Source of the DNA: Bacillota bacterium
Lineage (GTDB): Bacteria; Bacillota; Limnochordia; DTU080; JAAYLA01
Assembly: GCA_012522135.1 (NCBI GenBank)
Contig: JAAYLA010000030.1
Span: 1 to 43,071 of the forward strand
Length of the DNA: 43,071 bases
Direction: 5' to 3'
Every line of letters begins with the position of its first letter. Position 1 is the stretch's first letter. Both the position numbers and the translations under genes were made by a program. The notes below the pieces were generated by a model that was not told the DNA's origin, ran no database searches, and saw nothing but the letters and a program-made list of their open reading frames with translations. This document shows, piece by piece, positions 8,189-16,398 of the stretch.

Positions 8189-9270
8189 TGACTAGACGGC
8201 ATACCGTTCTCATCGCCCTTGTGATCGCGTCGGTCTGGCTGATTACCGGATGCGGCACGAAAAGCGAGCCGCAGGCATCGCCGCAAGCAGAGGGGATCGA
8301 ATCGGCCAGCCGGGTGGCGTTCACCTTGGGAACGGTAGCCGAGCTGAGGGCCTACGGTCCCGGAGCGGAGGAAGCGGTCGATGCTGTGGTGGCGGAACTT
8401 GAGCGGCTCACCGCGGCACTCGACCGCTTTTCTCCCGGCAGCGACGTGTATAGGGTAAACGCCGCGGCGGGCGAGTGGGTTCGGGTAGGCTCAGAAACTT
8501 TGGCGCTCACCCGGACTGCTTTGGAAATTGCGAGAATGACGGACGGCGCCTTCGATCCGACGGTCGCGCCCCTCGTCGACCTCTGGGGCTTCGTGGAGGT
8601 TCCCGACAGCGCACCGGCGGAAGGCCAAGGCCCCACGGCGCTGTTGGGCCGGCGTCCGCCCGAGGATGCGGAAATCCGGCGCCTTCTGCCCCATGTCGGC
8701 TATGAGTTCGTCGAGGTCGACGAGGCGGGCTCACGGGTCCGCTTGACGGATCCCGAGGCCGAGCTTGACTTCGGCGCGATTGCCAAGGGTTACGCCGCCG
8801 ACAGGGCTGCGGCGGTCTTGAAGGAACACGGCATCGATTCGGCCTTCGTCAACCTGGGCGGCGACATCTTTGTCGTAGGGGGCAAGCCCGACGGCTCTCC
8901 CTGGCGCATCGCCATCCAACATCCGCGGCCCCGCGGTCCCAACGACTTCATCGGCGTCGTTTCCGTCAAAGACCGGTCGGTCGTGACGTCGGGCGACTAC
9001 GAGCGGTACTTCGAATACGAAGGCGTGCGCTACACCCACTTGATCGATCCCCGCACGGGCTACCCGCAGCAGGAGCTCGCCAGCATTACGGTAGTGGCTC
9101 CCACGGGCACTCAGGCGGACGCCTTGGCAACCGCCGTGGCCGTGATGGGCATGGAGAAGGGCCTGGAGTTCTTGGAAAGTCTGCCGGACGTAGAAGGGCT
9201 GTTGGTCGGGGTTGACGGGCGCATGGGCATGACTTCGGGCATGGAAAAGATGGTCGAACTCCGTAAGTAG
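8188..9270 (+). CDS. apbE: FAD:protein FMN transferase (ApbE/Ftp), lipoprotein
   Basis: The GTG at 8188 overlaps the rnfB TAG by 1 nt. Product VTRRHTVLIALVIASVWLITGC has a lipobox (LITGC). ApbE motifs AIAKGYAADRAA and TSGDYERYFEYEGVRYTHLIDPRTGYP. Confidence 0.88.
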   Translation: MTRRHTVLIALVIASVWLITGCGTKSEPQASPQAEGIESASRVAFTLGTVAELRAYGPGAEEAVDAVVAELERLTAALDRFSPGSDVYRVNAAAGEWVRVGSETLALTRTALEIARMTDGAFDPTVAPLVDLWGFVEVPDSAPAEGQGPTALLGRRPPEDAEIRRLLPHVGYEFVEVDEAGSRVRLTDPEAELDFGAIAKGYAADRAAAVLKEHGIDSAFVNLGGDIFVVGGKPDGSPWRIAIQHPRPRGPNDFIGVVSVKDRSVVTSGDYERYFEYEGVRYTHLIDPRTGYPQQELASITVVAPTGTQADALATAVAVMGMEKGLEFLESLPDVEGLLVGVDGRMGMTSGMEKMVELRK

Positions 9271-9313
9271 AGCGCCGGGCGGAAGGGGCCGGCAGGGAAA
9301 GGGCGGTGACGTC

Positions 9314-10297
9314 GTGGAAGCGTTGAAAGCAGGGGCCTTAAGCGGTGTGCACGCCGCAGGGCAAGCGGCTTCCGGTTCGCGCCGCACCGCCCACGACATC
9401 GCCCGGCTCGGGATGCTCCTTGCCTTGGCGACGGCGCTGCATACGTTTGAAGCGCAGCTCCCCGCCCTCCCCATCCCGGGCGCCAAAGTGGGGCTGGCCA
9501 ACGTCGTCTCGCTCCTGGCCCTGTACGCCTTCGGCCTGCGCGAAGCCTTGACCATCGTCGTGCTGCGGCAGGTAGCGGGATCGCTGTTCGTCGGCACATT
9601 TCTCTCGCCTGCTTTCTTCTTCGGTCTGGCCGGCGGCATACTGAGCGTGCTGGCCATGCAAACCGTACGCTGGATCGTGCCCAAGGCGACGCCCGTGACG
9701 ACGAGCCTGGTGGGCGCCGCAGCGCACAATACAGGCCAGCTGATCGTCGCTTGGTGGCTCACCGCACAGCCGGCGGTCTTTCTCTACCTCCCATACCTTC
9801 TCTGGTTTGCCGTTCCCGCCGGGGCTTTCATCGGCCGCTTGATGGAGAGCCTGCTGCCGTACTTGCGCTCGGCGGGTGTGTGGGACGAATGTGTCGACGC
9901 GAGTGCGCCGCGGAAGCGTTATACGGAGTGGGGCGTGGCGCTGGCATTGGCCCTCTTCGGCGGCGCCGTGCTCTACGTGGGGGCAGCTCAGCCGGCCGAG
10001 GAGCTGGGCGGCATCCCGGTGGCCGTGGTTCGGGTCGACGGAGACGAGCTGGTGCGCCTGCCTTTGACTGCCGAAGCACGTGAGAAGATCTTTGTCCGGG
10101 GCGGCGAGATGGAGATCGAGGTGAAGGAGGGCGCCGTCCGTGTGGCGCACTCCGATTGCAAGAACCAGCTGTGCGTGCGGCGGGGCTGGATCCACTCGAG
10201 CCGGGAGTCCATCGTCTGCGTGCCCTTCCACACGGTGATTACGATCGAAGGCATGCAGCAGGATCCGCTCGCTGACATCGACGGCATCTCGATGTAA
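9314..10297 (+). CDS. Fusion protein: Gx-transporter/ECF-S-component-like membrane domain (Hpre_diP_synt_I type) plus C-terminal NusG-domain-II-like domain
   Basis: N-terminal ~190 aa form 5-6 TM helices, including GAKVGLANVVSLLALYAFG and AAHNTGQLIVAWWL. One more TM follows. The C-terminal part VAVVRVDGDELVRLPL...IEVKEGAVRVAHSDCKNQLCVRRGWI...IVCVPFHTVITI resembles stand-alone NusG_II/DUF1312 proteins. Confidence 0.6.
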   Translation: MEALKAGALSGVHAAGQAASGSRRTAHDIARLGMLLALATALHTFEAQLPALPIPGAKVGLANVVSLLALYAFGLREALTIVVLRQVAGSLFVGTFLSPAFFFGLAGGILSVLAMQTVRWIVPKATPVTTSLVGAAAHNTGQLIVAWWLTAQPAVFLYLPYLLWFAVPAGAFIGRLMESLLPYLRSAGVWDECVDASAPRKRYTEWGVALALALFGGAVLYVGAAQPAEELGGIPVAVVRVDGDELVRLPLTAEAREKIFVRGGEMEIEVKEGAVRVAHSDCKNQLCVRRGWIHSSRESIVCVPFHTVITIEGMQQDPLADIDGISM

Positions 10298-10317
10298 CAT
10301 CCGGTAACAGAGTTTTG

Positions 10318-10349
10318 GGGGACCGGCCGGCAACGCCGTGACGGTCCCC
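10318..10349 (+). terminator. Hairpin at the end of the rnf/apbE block (weak intrinsic terminator)
   Basis: GGGGACCG-16 nt-CGGTCCCC followed by TTGCC. The T-tract is poor. Confidence 0.35.
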
Positions 10350-10488
10350 TTGCCGCGCCGTGAACAAGCGAGCGGGAGCTGTACCGGTGCAACACTCTTT
10401 CTCTGGACCAAGTGGCAAACGACTGGTACCTTAGGGGCGGCCCGACCCGCCGGTCGGAGCAAGGAGACGACGGGAGCTGATCCAGTCC

Positions 10489-11355
10489 ATGGTTGTGCCC
10501 GGCCGCGCCGCCCGGGCGGAGACGGGCGTGTGGTTGAGCGTCCTCGCTTACGTTTCGCTTACGCTGCTGAAACTCGCCGTAGGTGCCTTGGCGGGTTCCC
10601 TTTCGCTCCAGGCGGACGGATACAATAACGTCACGGATCTCGTGGCTTCATTTACGCTGCTTGTCGGCCTGCGAGTTGCCCGCCGCCCACGGGACGAAAA
10701 CCATCCTTACGGCCACGGACGGGCCGAGGCGATCGCTTCTCTGATTACGTCCATCGTCATGGCGGCCATCGCGCTGCAGGTCTTGTTAGCCGCCGGAGCC
10801 CGCCTTCTCGGATTGCAAGAGGGAACCGTACCCGATCCGTTGGCGGCGTGGGTGGGGGCCGCAGCGGCTGCCGTCCTGTTCACCCTTTTCGCCTTCAACC
10901 GCCGGCTCGCCGCCAAGTTGAACAGCTTGTCTTTGTGGGCTCTGTCGCGGGACAACCTCTCCGATGCCCTTGTCAGCACGGGCACCGTCGTCGGGATCAT
11001 CGGCTCGCGGCTCGGCGCTCCCTCGCTCGACCCTCTGGCGGCTCTCGTTATCGGCGCCGTCATCTGCCGCACATCGTGGAGCATCTTCAAAGAGTCTGCC
11101 ATCTTCTTGACTGACGGATTCGACGAGCAGGAGCTGGCGCGCTACCGCGAGACGGTCTTGAGCGTACCCGGAGTCGAGGGCGTCGGCGACATCCGGGCGC
11201 GCCTGCTCGGCCGGGACATTCTTGTGGACGTGACGATCAAGGTCAGGCCCGATCTCAACGTCGTCGACAGCCACAGGATCGCTGATGCGACGGAGAGAGA
11301 ACTTCGGCGCCGGCATCGGGTGCGCAGCAGTTTTATTCACGTCGAGCCCAGTTGA
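10489..11355 (+). CDS. Cation diffusion facilitator (CDF) family metal efflux transporter
   Basis: SLSLQADGYNNVTDLVASF and HPYGHGRAEAIASL motifs, six TM helices, and a C-terminal cytoplasmic domain. Confidence 0.85.
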   Translation: MVVPGRAARAETGVWLSVLAYVSLTLLKLAVGALAGSLSLQADGYNNVTDLVASFTLLVGLRVARRPRDENHPYGHGRAEAIASLITSIVMAAIALQVLLAAGARLLGLQEGTVPDPLAAWVGAAAAAVLFTLFAFNRRLAAKLNSLSLWALSRDNLSDALVSTGTVVGIIGSRLGAPSLDPLAALVIGAVICRTSWSIFKESAIFLTDGFDEQELARYRETVLSVPGVEGVGDIRARLLGRDILVDVTIKVRPDLNVVDSHRIADATERELRRRHRVRSSFIHVEPS

Positions 11356-11413
11356 GCCGCTGTCTCATCCCCCTCATTGACATCCTTACGGTACTCGGAT
11401 ACAGTGGATCTAG

Positions 11414-11430
11414 ATACCGGTATGGGGTAT
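11414..11430 (+). promoter_or_regulatory. CsoR-type operator upstream of csoR
   Basis: ATACCGGTATGGGGTAT. It has the same ATACC..GGGGTAT architecture as the box in front of copA. Confidence 0.5.
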
Positions 11431-11462
11431 GATCGGCTTTGCCCCATCGTCGCTGGAGGTGA

Positions 11463-11747
11463 GTGCCCTTGGCCTCCTACGGGCACGCTAAGGAGGATCT
11501 TTTGACGCGCCTGCGCAAGATCGAAGGTCAGGTCCGCGGAATTCAAAGGATGATCGACTAGGACAAATACTGTGTCGACATCTTGATCCAAATCTCCGCC
11601 GTCCGTTCCGCTCTGGATAAGGTCGGTTTGATGCTCCTGGAACACCACACGCGGGGCTGCGTCGTCCGGGCTCTGCGGGAAGGAGGCGGCGATGCCGATA
11701 GCGCCGTTTCCGAACTCACCGACGTGATGCGGCGCTTCATCAGATAG
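11463..11747 (+). pseudogene. csoR: Copper-sensing repressor CsoR interrupted by an in-frame TAG
   Basis: My own translation reads (V/M)[66 protein letters not shown]...RRFIR*. The TAG lies at 11559-11561, immediately before the conserved Cu-ligand YC. The likely start is the TTG at 11469, 9 nt after GGAGG. Not in the ORF track because it is split. Confidence 0.8.
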
Positions 11748-11766
11748 AGCGGGCTGCCGGAGTGTG

Positions 11767-11796
11767 TTGACAGCTTCCCCCGGGCAGGCGTATACT
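11767..11796 (+). promoter_or_regulatory. Sigma-A-type promoter of copA-copZ
   Basis: TTGACA (11767-11772), an 18-nt spacer, then TATACT (11791-11796). Confidence 0.6.
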
Positions 11797-11809
11797 GGAT
11801 GTAGTCCCT

Positions 11810-11826
11810 ATACCCTATGGGGGTAT
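11810..11826 (+). promoter_or_regulatory. CsoR operator overlapping the copA transcription start region
   Basis: ATACCCTATGGGGGTAT. Near-identical to the Bacillus copZA operator type (TACCCTACGGGGGTA), and located 14 nt after the -10 box. Confidence 0.7.
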
Positions 11827-11852
11827 GGCGTATAGTAAAGAAGGTGAGCCTT

Positions 11853-14342
11853 ATGGGCCAGGAGGGTAGCGCGACAGGGAGGAGAACGGCAGCCGTCACT
11901 TTGGGCGTTCAGGGCATGACCTGCGCCGCGTGCGTGCGCCGGGTCGAGCGCGGCCTGGCCAAACTGCCCGGAGTCGAGGAAGCTACGGTCAATTTGACCT
12001 TGGAGCGGGCGTCGGTCCGCTTCGATCCGGAGCTCGTCACCGTGGACGATCTCGCCGCGAAGGTGCGCGACTTGGGTTACGACGTCATTACCGACCGTGT
12101 TACGCTCTCGGTGGTCGGGATGACGTGCGCGAATTGTGCGACGCGGATCGAGAAGGGCCTGAACAAGCTCCCAGGTGTGAAAGCCACGGTCAATCTGGCG
12201 ACGGAGACGGCCCACGTCGAGTACTTGCCTTCCGTGACAAGCCTCGACGACGTGCGAAGGAAAATCGCCGATCTGGGTTACAAAGCGATCATTCCCGACG
12301 AGGCGGCAGGCGACCGGGAAAAGGAGGCGCGGGAGGCCGAAATTCGCCGGCAAAAGCGCCTGTTCGCACTTGCGGCGCTCCTTTCGTTTCCTCTCCTCGC
12401 ATCCATGGTCGGGCACATGTTGGGCATCGATCACGGATGGGTGCGCTTTTTTATGAACGGCTGGGTGCAGTTCGCCTTGGCCACGCCCGTGCAGTTCATC
12501 GCCGGCTGGCAGTTCTACGTCGACTCATACCATAACCTGAAAAACCGCAGCGCGAACATGTCGGTTCTAGTTGCGCTCGGCACGTCCGCGGCTTACATCT
12601 ACAGCCTGGTTGCCCTGCTCTTTCCCGAGGCGGACATCAGCGGCTTTTACTTCGAGACGAGCGCAGTCCTCATCACTTTGATTCTCCTGGGCAAGCTCCT
12701 CGAGGCGACGGCCAAGGGTCGCACTTCCGAGGCCATCAAGAAACTGATGGGTCTGCAGCCGAAAACCGCCCGGGTCGTCCGCGGCGGGGTTGAGCGGGAC
12801 ATTCCTATCGAAGAAGTGCAAGTCGGCGACCTGATCGTCGTGCGGCCGGGCGAGCGCATTCCCGTCGACGGCGTCGTGACGGAAGGGCGCTCCACGGTGG
12901 ACGAGTCGATGCTCACGGGTGAGAGCATGCCGGTTGAGAAGGGCCCGGGAGACGAGGTGGTCGGCGCGACGATCAACAAGCACGGCTCATTCACGATGCG
13001 GGCTACGAAGGTAGGCAAGGACACCGCCTTGGCGCAGATCATCCGCGTCGTGGAAGAGGCACAAGCTTCCAAGGCACCTATCCAGCGCCTGGCCGACGTC
13101 GTCTCGAGTTACTTCGTGCCCGCCGTCGTAGGTATCGCCTTGATCACTTTCTTCGGCTGGTACTCGGCTACGGGCGACTTTACGCGGGCCCTCTTGAACA
13201 TGACAGCGGTGCTGGTCATCGCGTGTCCCTGTGCCCTCGGCCTCGCCACGCCGACGGCGATCATGGTCGGCACGGGCCGCGGCGCCGAGAGCGGGATCCT
13301 GTTCAAGGGCGGCGAACACCTGGAGAGGGCCCACGAACTGAACGCCGTAGTGCTCGACAAGACGGGTACCATTACCAAGGGCGAGCCGGAAGTGACCGAC
13401 ATCATCTCGCTCGGTGCCTACGGCGCCGACGAGCTTCTTGCCCTCGTTGCCGCGGCTGAGCGCACTTCGGAACACCCGCTGGCCCACGCCATCGTCGCCT
13501 CGGCCAAAGCCCGCGGGCTGGAACCGGCCGCCTCGGAGCACTTCGAAGCCATTCCCGGCCACGGCATCCGGGCGACGGTCCGCGGCAAAGAGGTCCTGGT
13601 GGGCAACCGCAGGTTGATGGAGCGCCACGGCATCGATCTCGGCCCGGCGGAGCGCGAGATGGCGCGGCTTGAAGGGGAAGGAAAGACTGCCGTGGCGACC
13701 GCGGTCGACGGGCAGGCGGCAGGCATCTTGGCTGTGGCCGATCCGGTCAAGCCGACCTCCGCCGAAGCCATCCGTTTGCTGCACGAGATGGGTGTCCGGG
13801 TATTGATGCTCACCGGTGACAACCGCCGCACGGCCCGGGCCATTGCCCGGCAAGTCGGCATCGGCGAAGAGGACGTCATCGCCGAAGTCTTGCCCGAAGA
13901 GAAGGCAACGGCAGTAGAGCGTCTGCAAAAGGAGGGCCTCAAAGTCGGTATGGTGGGTGACGGCATCAACGACGCACCCGCCCTCGCTACCGCCGACGTC
14001 GGTATGGCGATAGGCAGCGGAACCGATGTGGCAATTGAGGCTGCCGATATCACGCTCATCGGGGACGACCTGCGAGGAATCGTTGCGGCCATCCGCCTGA
14101 GCCGGGCGACGATGGCCAAGATCCGGCAGAACCTGTTCTGGGCCCTGATCTATAACAGCCTGGGGATTCCCTTTGCCGCCTTCGGCCTGTTGAGTCCGAT
14201 CCTCGCGGGTGCGGCCATGGCGTTCAGCTCGGTTTCGGTGGTGACGAACTCCACTTTGCTGAAGCGTTTCGATCCGCAGCGGGGCTTCGAACGGCCCGAG
14301 GCACCCCGGGGCGAAAGTAGGCCGCAGCTGCAAAGCGCCTAA
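11853..14342 (+). CDS. copA: Copper-translocating P1B-type ATPase
   Basis: Two N-terminal HMA domains ([16 protein letters not shown]). CPC motif ([11 protein letters not shown]), DKTGTIT and GDGINDAP. The ATG at 11853 follows AAGGTGAG; the track start at 11817 lies inside the operator. Confidence 0.93.
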   Translation: MGQEGSATGRRTAAVTLGVQGMTCAACVRRVERGLAKLPGVEEATVNLTLERASVRFDPELVTVDDLAAKVRDLGYDVITDRVTLSVVGMTCANCATRIEKGLNKLPGVKATVNLATETAHVEYLPSVTSLDDVRRKIADLGYKAIIPDEAAGDREKEAREAEIRRQKRLFALAALLSFPLLASMVGHMLGIDHGWVRFFMNGWVQFALATPVQFIAGWQFYVDSYHNLKNRSANMSVLVALGTSAAYIYSLVALLFPEADISGFYFETSAVLITLILLGKLLEATAKGRTSEAIKKLMGLQPKTARVVRGGVERDIPIEEVQVGDLIVVRPGERIPVDGVVTEGRSTVDESMLTGESMPVEKGPGDEVVGATINKHGSFTMRATKVGKDTALAQIIRVVEEAQASKAPIQRLADVVSSYFVPAVVGIALITFFGWYSATGDFTRALLNMTAVLVIACPCALGLATPTAIMVGTGRGAESGILFKGGEHLERAHELNAVVLDKTGTITKGEPEVTDIISLGAYGADELLALVAAAERTSEHPLAHAIVASAKARGLEPAASEHFEAIPGHGIRATVRGKEVLVGNRRLMERHGIDLGPAEREMARLEGEGKTAVATAVDGQAAGILAVADPVKPTSAEAIRLLHEMGVRVLMLTGDNRRTARAIARQVGIGEEDVIAEVLPEEKATAVERLQKEGLKVGMVGDGINDAPALATADVGMAIGSGTDVAIEAADITLIGDDLRGIVAAIRLSRATMAKIRQNLFWALIYNSLGIPFAAFGLLSPILAGAAMAFSSVSVVTNSTLLKRFDPQRGFERPEAPRGESRPQLQSA

Positions 14343-14383
14343 TGCATCTCAGGTAAGCCGGCTAAGGAAAGGAGGGAACGCCT

Positions 14384-14596
14384 ATGGAGACCAAGGTGCT
14401 GCAGATCGAAGGCATGAGCTGTGCCCATTGCCGGCGTGCGGTGGCCGAAGCGCTCCGGGAGCTGGAGGGTGTCAGCAGCGTCGAGGTGGACCTAGAGGGA
14501 GGAAAGGCCACCGTGTCGTACGATCCGGCGCAGGTGACGGAAGCCGCTTTGCAGGCAGCCGTCGAGGAAGCGGGTTACACGGTGGTCGCGGGTTAG
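14384..14596 (+). CDS. copZ: Copper chaperone CopZ (HMA domain)
   Basis: METKVLQIEGMSCAHCRRAV..., 70 aa, with a strong AAGGAAAGGAGG RBS. Confidence 0.9.
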   Translation: METKVLQIEGMSCAHCRRAVAEALRELEGVSSVEVDLEGGKATVSYDPAQVTEAALQAAVEEAGYTVVAG

Positions 14597-14616
14597 ATCG
14601 GAACTTGGTTTAACAG

Positions 14617-14650
14617 GCAGCCGGAGCAACTGCGCTTCGGCTGTTTTTCT
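14617..14650 (+). terminator. Rho-independent terminator after copZ
   Basis: CAGCCG (14618-14623) pairs with CGGCTG (14638-14643), followed by TTTTTCT. Confidence 0.55.
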
Positions 14651-14757
14651 GCGTAATTCCGCCCGGAACAGGACGGAGCTTGTCGACGTTTCATTCCGAG
14701 GACAATCGCCCCTTTATCTGGCGCCGCGACTGCGGATACGATAAAATGTGTAGTGAT

Positions 14758-14770
14758 ACAAATTATTTGT
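14758..14770 (+). promoter_or_regulatory. Perfect 6-1-6 AT-rich palindrome upstream of the ZIP transporter (candidate Zur/Fur-family box)
   Basis: ACAAAT-T-ATTTGT sits in an AT-rich island, about 10 nt after a TAAAAT -10-like hexamer (14742-14747) and 39 nt before the start codon. Confidence 0.4.
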
Positions 14771-14808
14771 CCTAAGTAAAACTCGTCGTCGTACGAGGAG
14801 TGGTCTTT

Positions 14809-15603
14809 GTGCTCCAGGATTTCTTCGTACGGATTGTGGGCGAGCACCCCGTCTGGCAGGCCCTCGCCGGGGGACTGGTCATCGCCGGATTGAACATGCT
14901 GGGCGCCACGCTCGTGCTATTCTGGCGCAACCCGCCCGAGCGCCTGATGAACGCCGGGCTCGGGGTGGCCGCCGGGGTCATGCTGTCCGCGAGCTTCACA
15001 AGCCTGATCTTGCCGGGCATCGACGCAGGCGGTATTTGGCCCGTGATCGCCGGAATGCTGCTCGGAATGCTCGTCATCGACCAGGCAGACCGGTGGGTGC
15101 CCCACGTGCACGTCCTGATCACGGGCCAGGTGGACGAGGCCCGTTCGGAGTCCCGCCGCGTAAAGTCGGTCTTGCTTTTTATCGTAGCCATCACGCTGCA
15201 CAATCTTCCCGAGGGACTTGCGGTCGGTGTCAGTTTCGGGGCGGGCAATCTGGCCGACGCCCTCACCTTGATGCTCGCGATCGGCCTCCAGAACATACCC
15301 GAGGGCTTGGCGGTCTCGCTCGCGGCCGTGAACGCGGGCTTCAGCCGGCGCACCTATGCCTTCCTCACGGGCGTGCGTGCGGGCCTTGTCGAGATACCGG
15401 TGGCCGTTCTAGGCGCTTTGGCGGTCACGGTATTCGAACCCCTCGTGCCCTATGCGATGGGCTTTGCCGCGGGGGCCATGCTGTATGTGATCAGCGACGA
15501 GGTGATTCCCGAAACCCACGCATCGGGCGACGAACGGCTGGCCACTTGGGGCGTGATGCTCGGGGCCATCGTGATGTTGTATCTGGACGTGACGCTGGGA
15601 TAG
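14809..15603 (+). CDS. ZIP family divalent metal (zinc) transporter
   Basis: LHNLPEGLAVGVSFGAG and LQNIPEGLAVSLAAV motifs. The GTG at 14809 lies 8 nt after GAGGAG. The track start is 14800. Confidence 0.85.
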   Translation: MLQDFFVRIVGEHPVWQALAGGLVIAGLNMLGATLVLFWRNPPERLMNAGLGVAAGVMLSASFTSLILPGIDAGGIWPVIAGMLLGMLVIDQADRWVPHVHVLITGQVDEARSESRRVKSVLLFIVAITLHNLPEGLAVGVSFGAGNLADALTLMLAIGLQNIPEGLAVSLAAVNAGFSRRTYAFLTGVRAGLVEIPVAVLGALAVTVFEPLVPYAMGFAAGAMLYVISDEVIPETHASGDERLATWGVMLGAIVMLYLDVTLG

Positions 15604-15630
15604 AGGGATCAGGACGGATGCGCGGCGCGC

Positions 15631-16398
15631 TCACAGCCAGACCGCTACGGCGATGCCGGCGGCCAGGGACCCTATGGTGACCGCCGCATCGACGTACGTA
15701 AAGTGCAGCGGATGCAGGTATGTCCGTGCGCTGCCGGGCCCGTACGCGCGGGCGGCCATGGCTTCTCCGAGCTCCTCTGCACGGCGCAGGGCACCGCCGA
15801 GCAGCGGCACGAGGACCGGAACCAAGGAGCGGATGCGTGCCGCGACCGACCGGGATCCGTGTGCTACGCCGCGCAGCATCTGAGCTTCCTGTATGCGCTT
15901 CGCTTCATCTGCGAGGACGGGCAAAAAGCGCAGGCTGATGCCGACGATCATGGTGAACTCGCGGGTGGGGACGCCGAAGCGCTGCAGCGGAGCCAGCGCC
16001 GCGTCGAGTCCCTGAGTCAGCTGAAGGGGCGACGACGTGCTCGTGAGGACCGTCGCGGCCAGGACCATGAGGGCGAGGCGCATCGACATCCAGATCCCCT
16101 TGAGGACGCCGGACCGGGTCACGGCGATAGGACCCCACGCGAACCAAGGCTCGCCCGTTCCGAGCAAGGCGTGGAAAAGCAACGTAAACACGAACAGAAT
16201 GCGCACTGCCCGCAGGCCGCGAACGAGGTTTTGCCGGGGCACGCGGGCCGCGGCGCTCCACGTCAGAACGGCACCCAGGGTGACGAGCATGCCGGGCCAG
16301 GTGGAAGCTCCCAAACTGCCGATGAGCACGGCCACGGTCATCGCCAGTTTGGTCCGGGGATCGAGGGCGCTTTGCCGCACGGGCTGGGCGAAGATCAT
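15631..16398 (-). CDS. ecfT: ECF transporter transmembrane (T) component
   Basis: CbiQ/EcfT-like polytopic protein. Its start overlaps the stop of the upstream ATPase gene (ATGA). Confidence 0.8.
   Translation of the reverse strand: MIFAQPVRQSALDPRTKLAMTVAVLIGSLGASTWPGMLVTLGAVLTWSAAARVPRQNLVRGLRAVRILFVFTLLFHALLGTGEPWFAWGPIAVTRSGVLKGIWMSMRLALMVLAATVLTSTSSPLQLTQGLDAALAPLQRFGVPTREFTMIVGISLRFLPVLADEAKRIQEAQMLRGVAHGSRSVAARIRSLVPVLVPLLGGALRRAEELGEAMAARAYGPGSARTYLHPLHFTYVDAAVTIGSLAAGIAVAVWL

Noticed and set aside
10350-10488. NiCo (czcD-type) riboswitch upstream of the CDF transporter
   Set aside because: A helix GTACCGGT...ACTGGTAC is present, but I cannot recognise the conserved czcD-motif junction nucleotides. 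The support is insufficient without a covariance-model search.
11559-11561. Recoding of the csoR TAG as pyrrolysine or another reassignment
   Set aside because: TAG is used as an ordinary stop by several well-supported genes in this window (the PplA-like gene, rnfB, apbE, the ZIP gene and csoR itself). No pyl genes are present. A nonsense mutation or sequencing error is more parsimonious.
12987-14333. Very long antisense or off-frame ORFs: 12987..14333 (-) opposite copA, 15703..17184 (+) opposite the ecf genes, 34859..36526 (+) opposite the SBP, 1883..2791 (-), 2809..3852 (-), 9338..10462 (-)
   Set aside because: None has a recognisable motif. Their composition is typical of GC-rich shadow ORFs, and each overlaps a gene with strong family signatures on the other strand.
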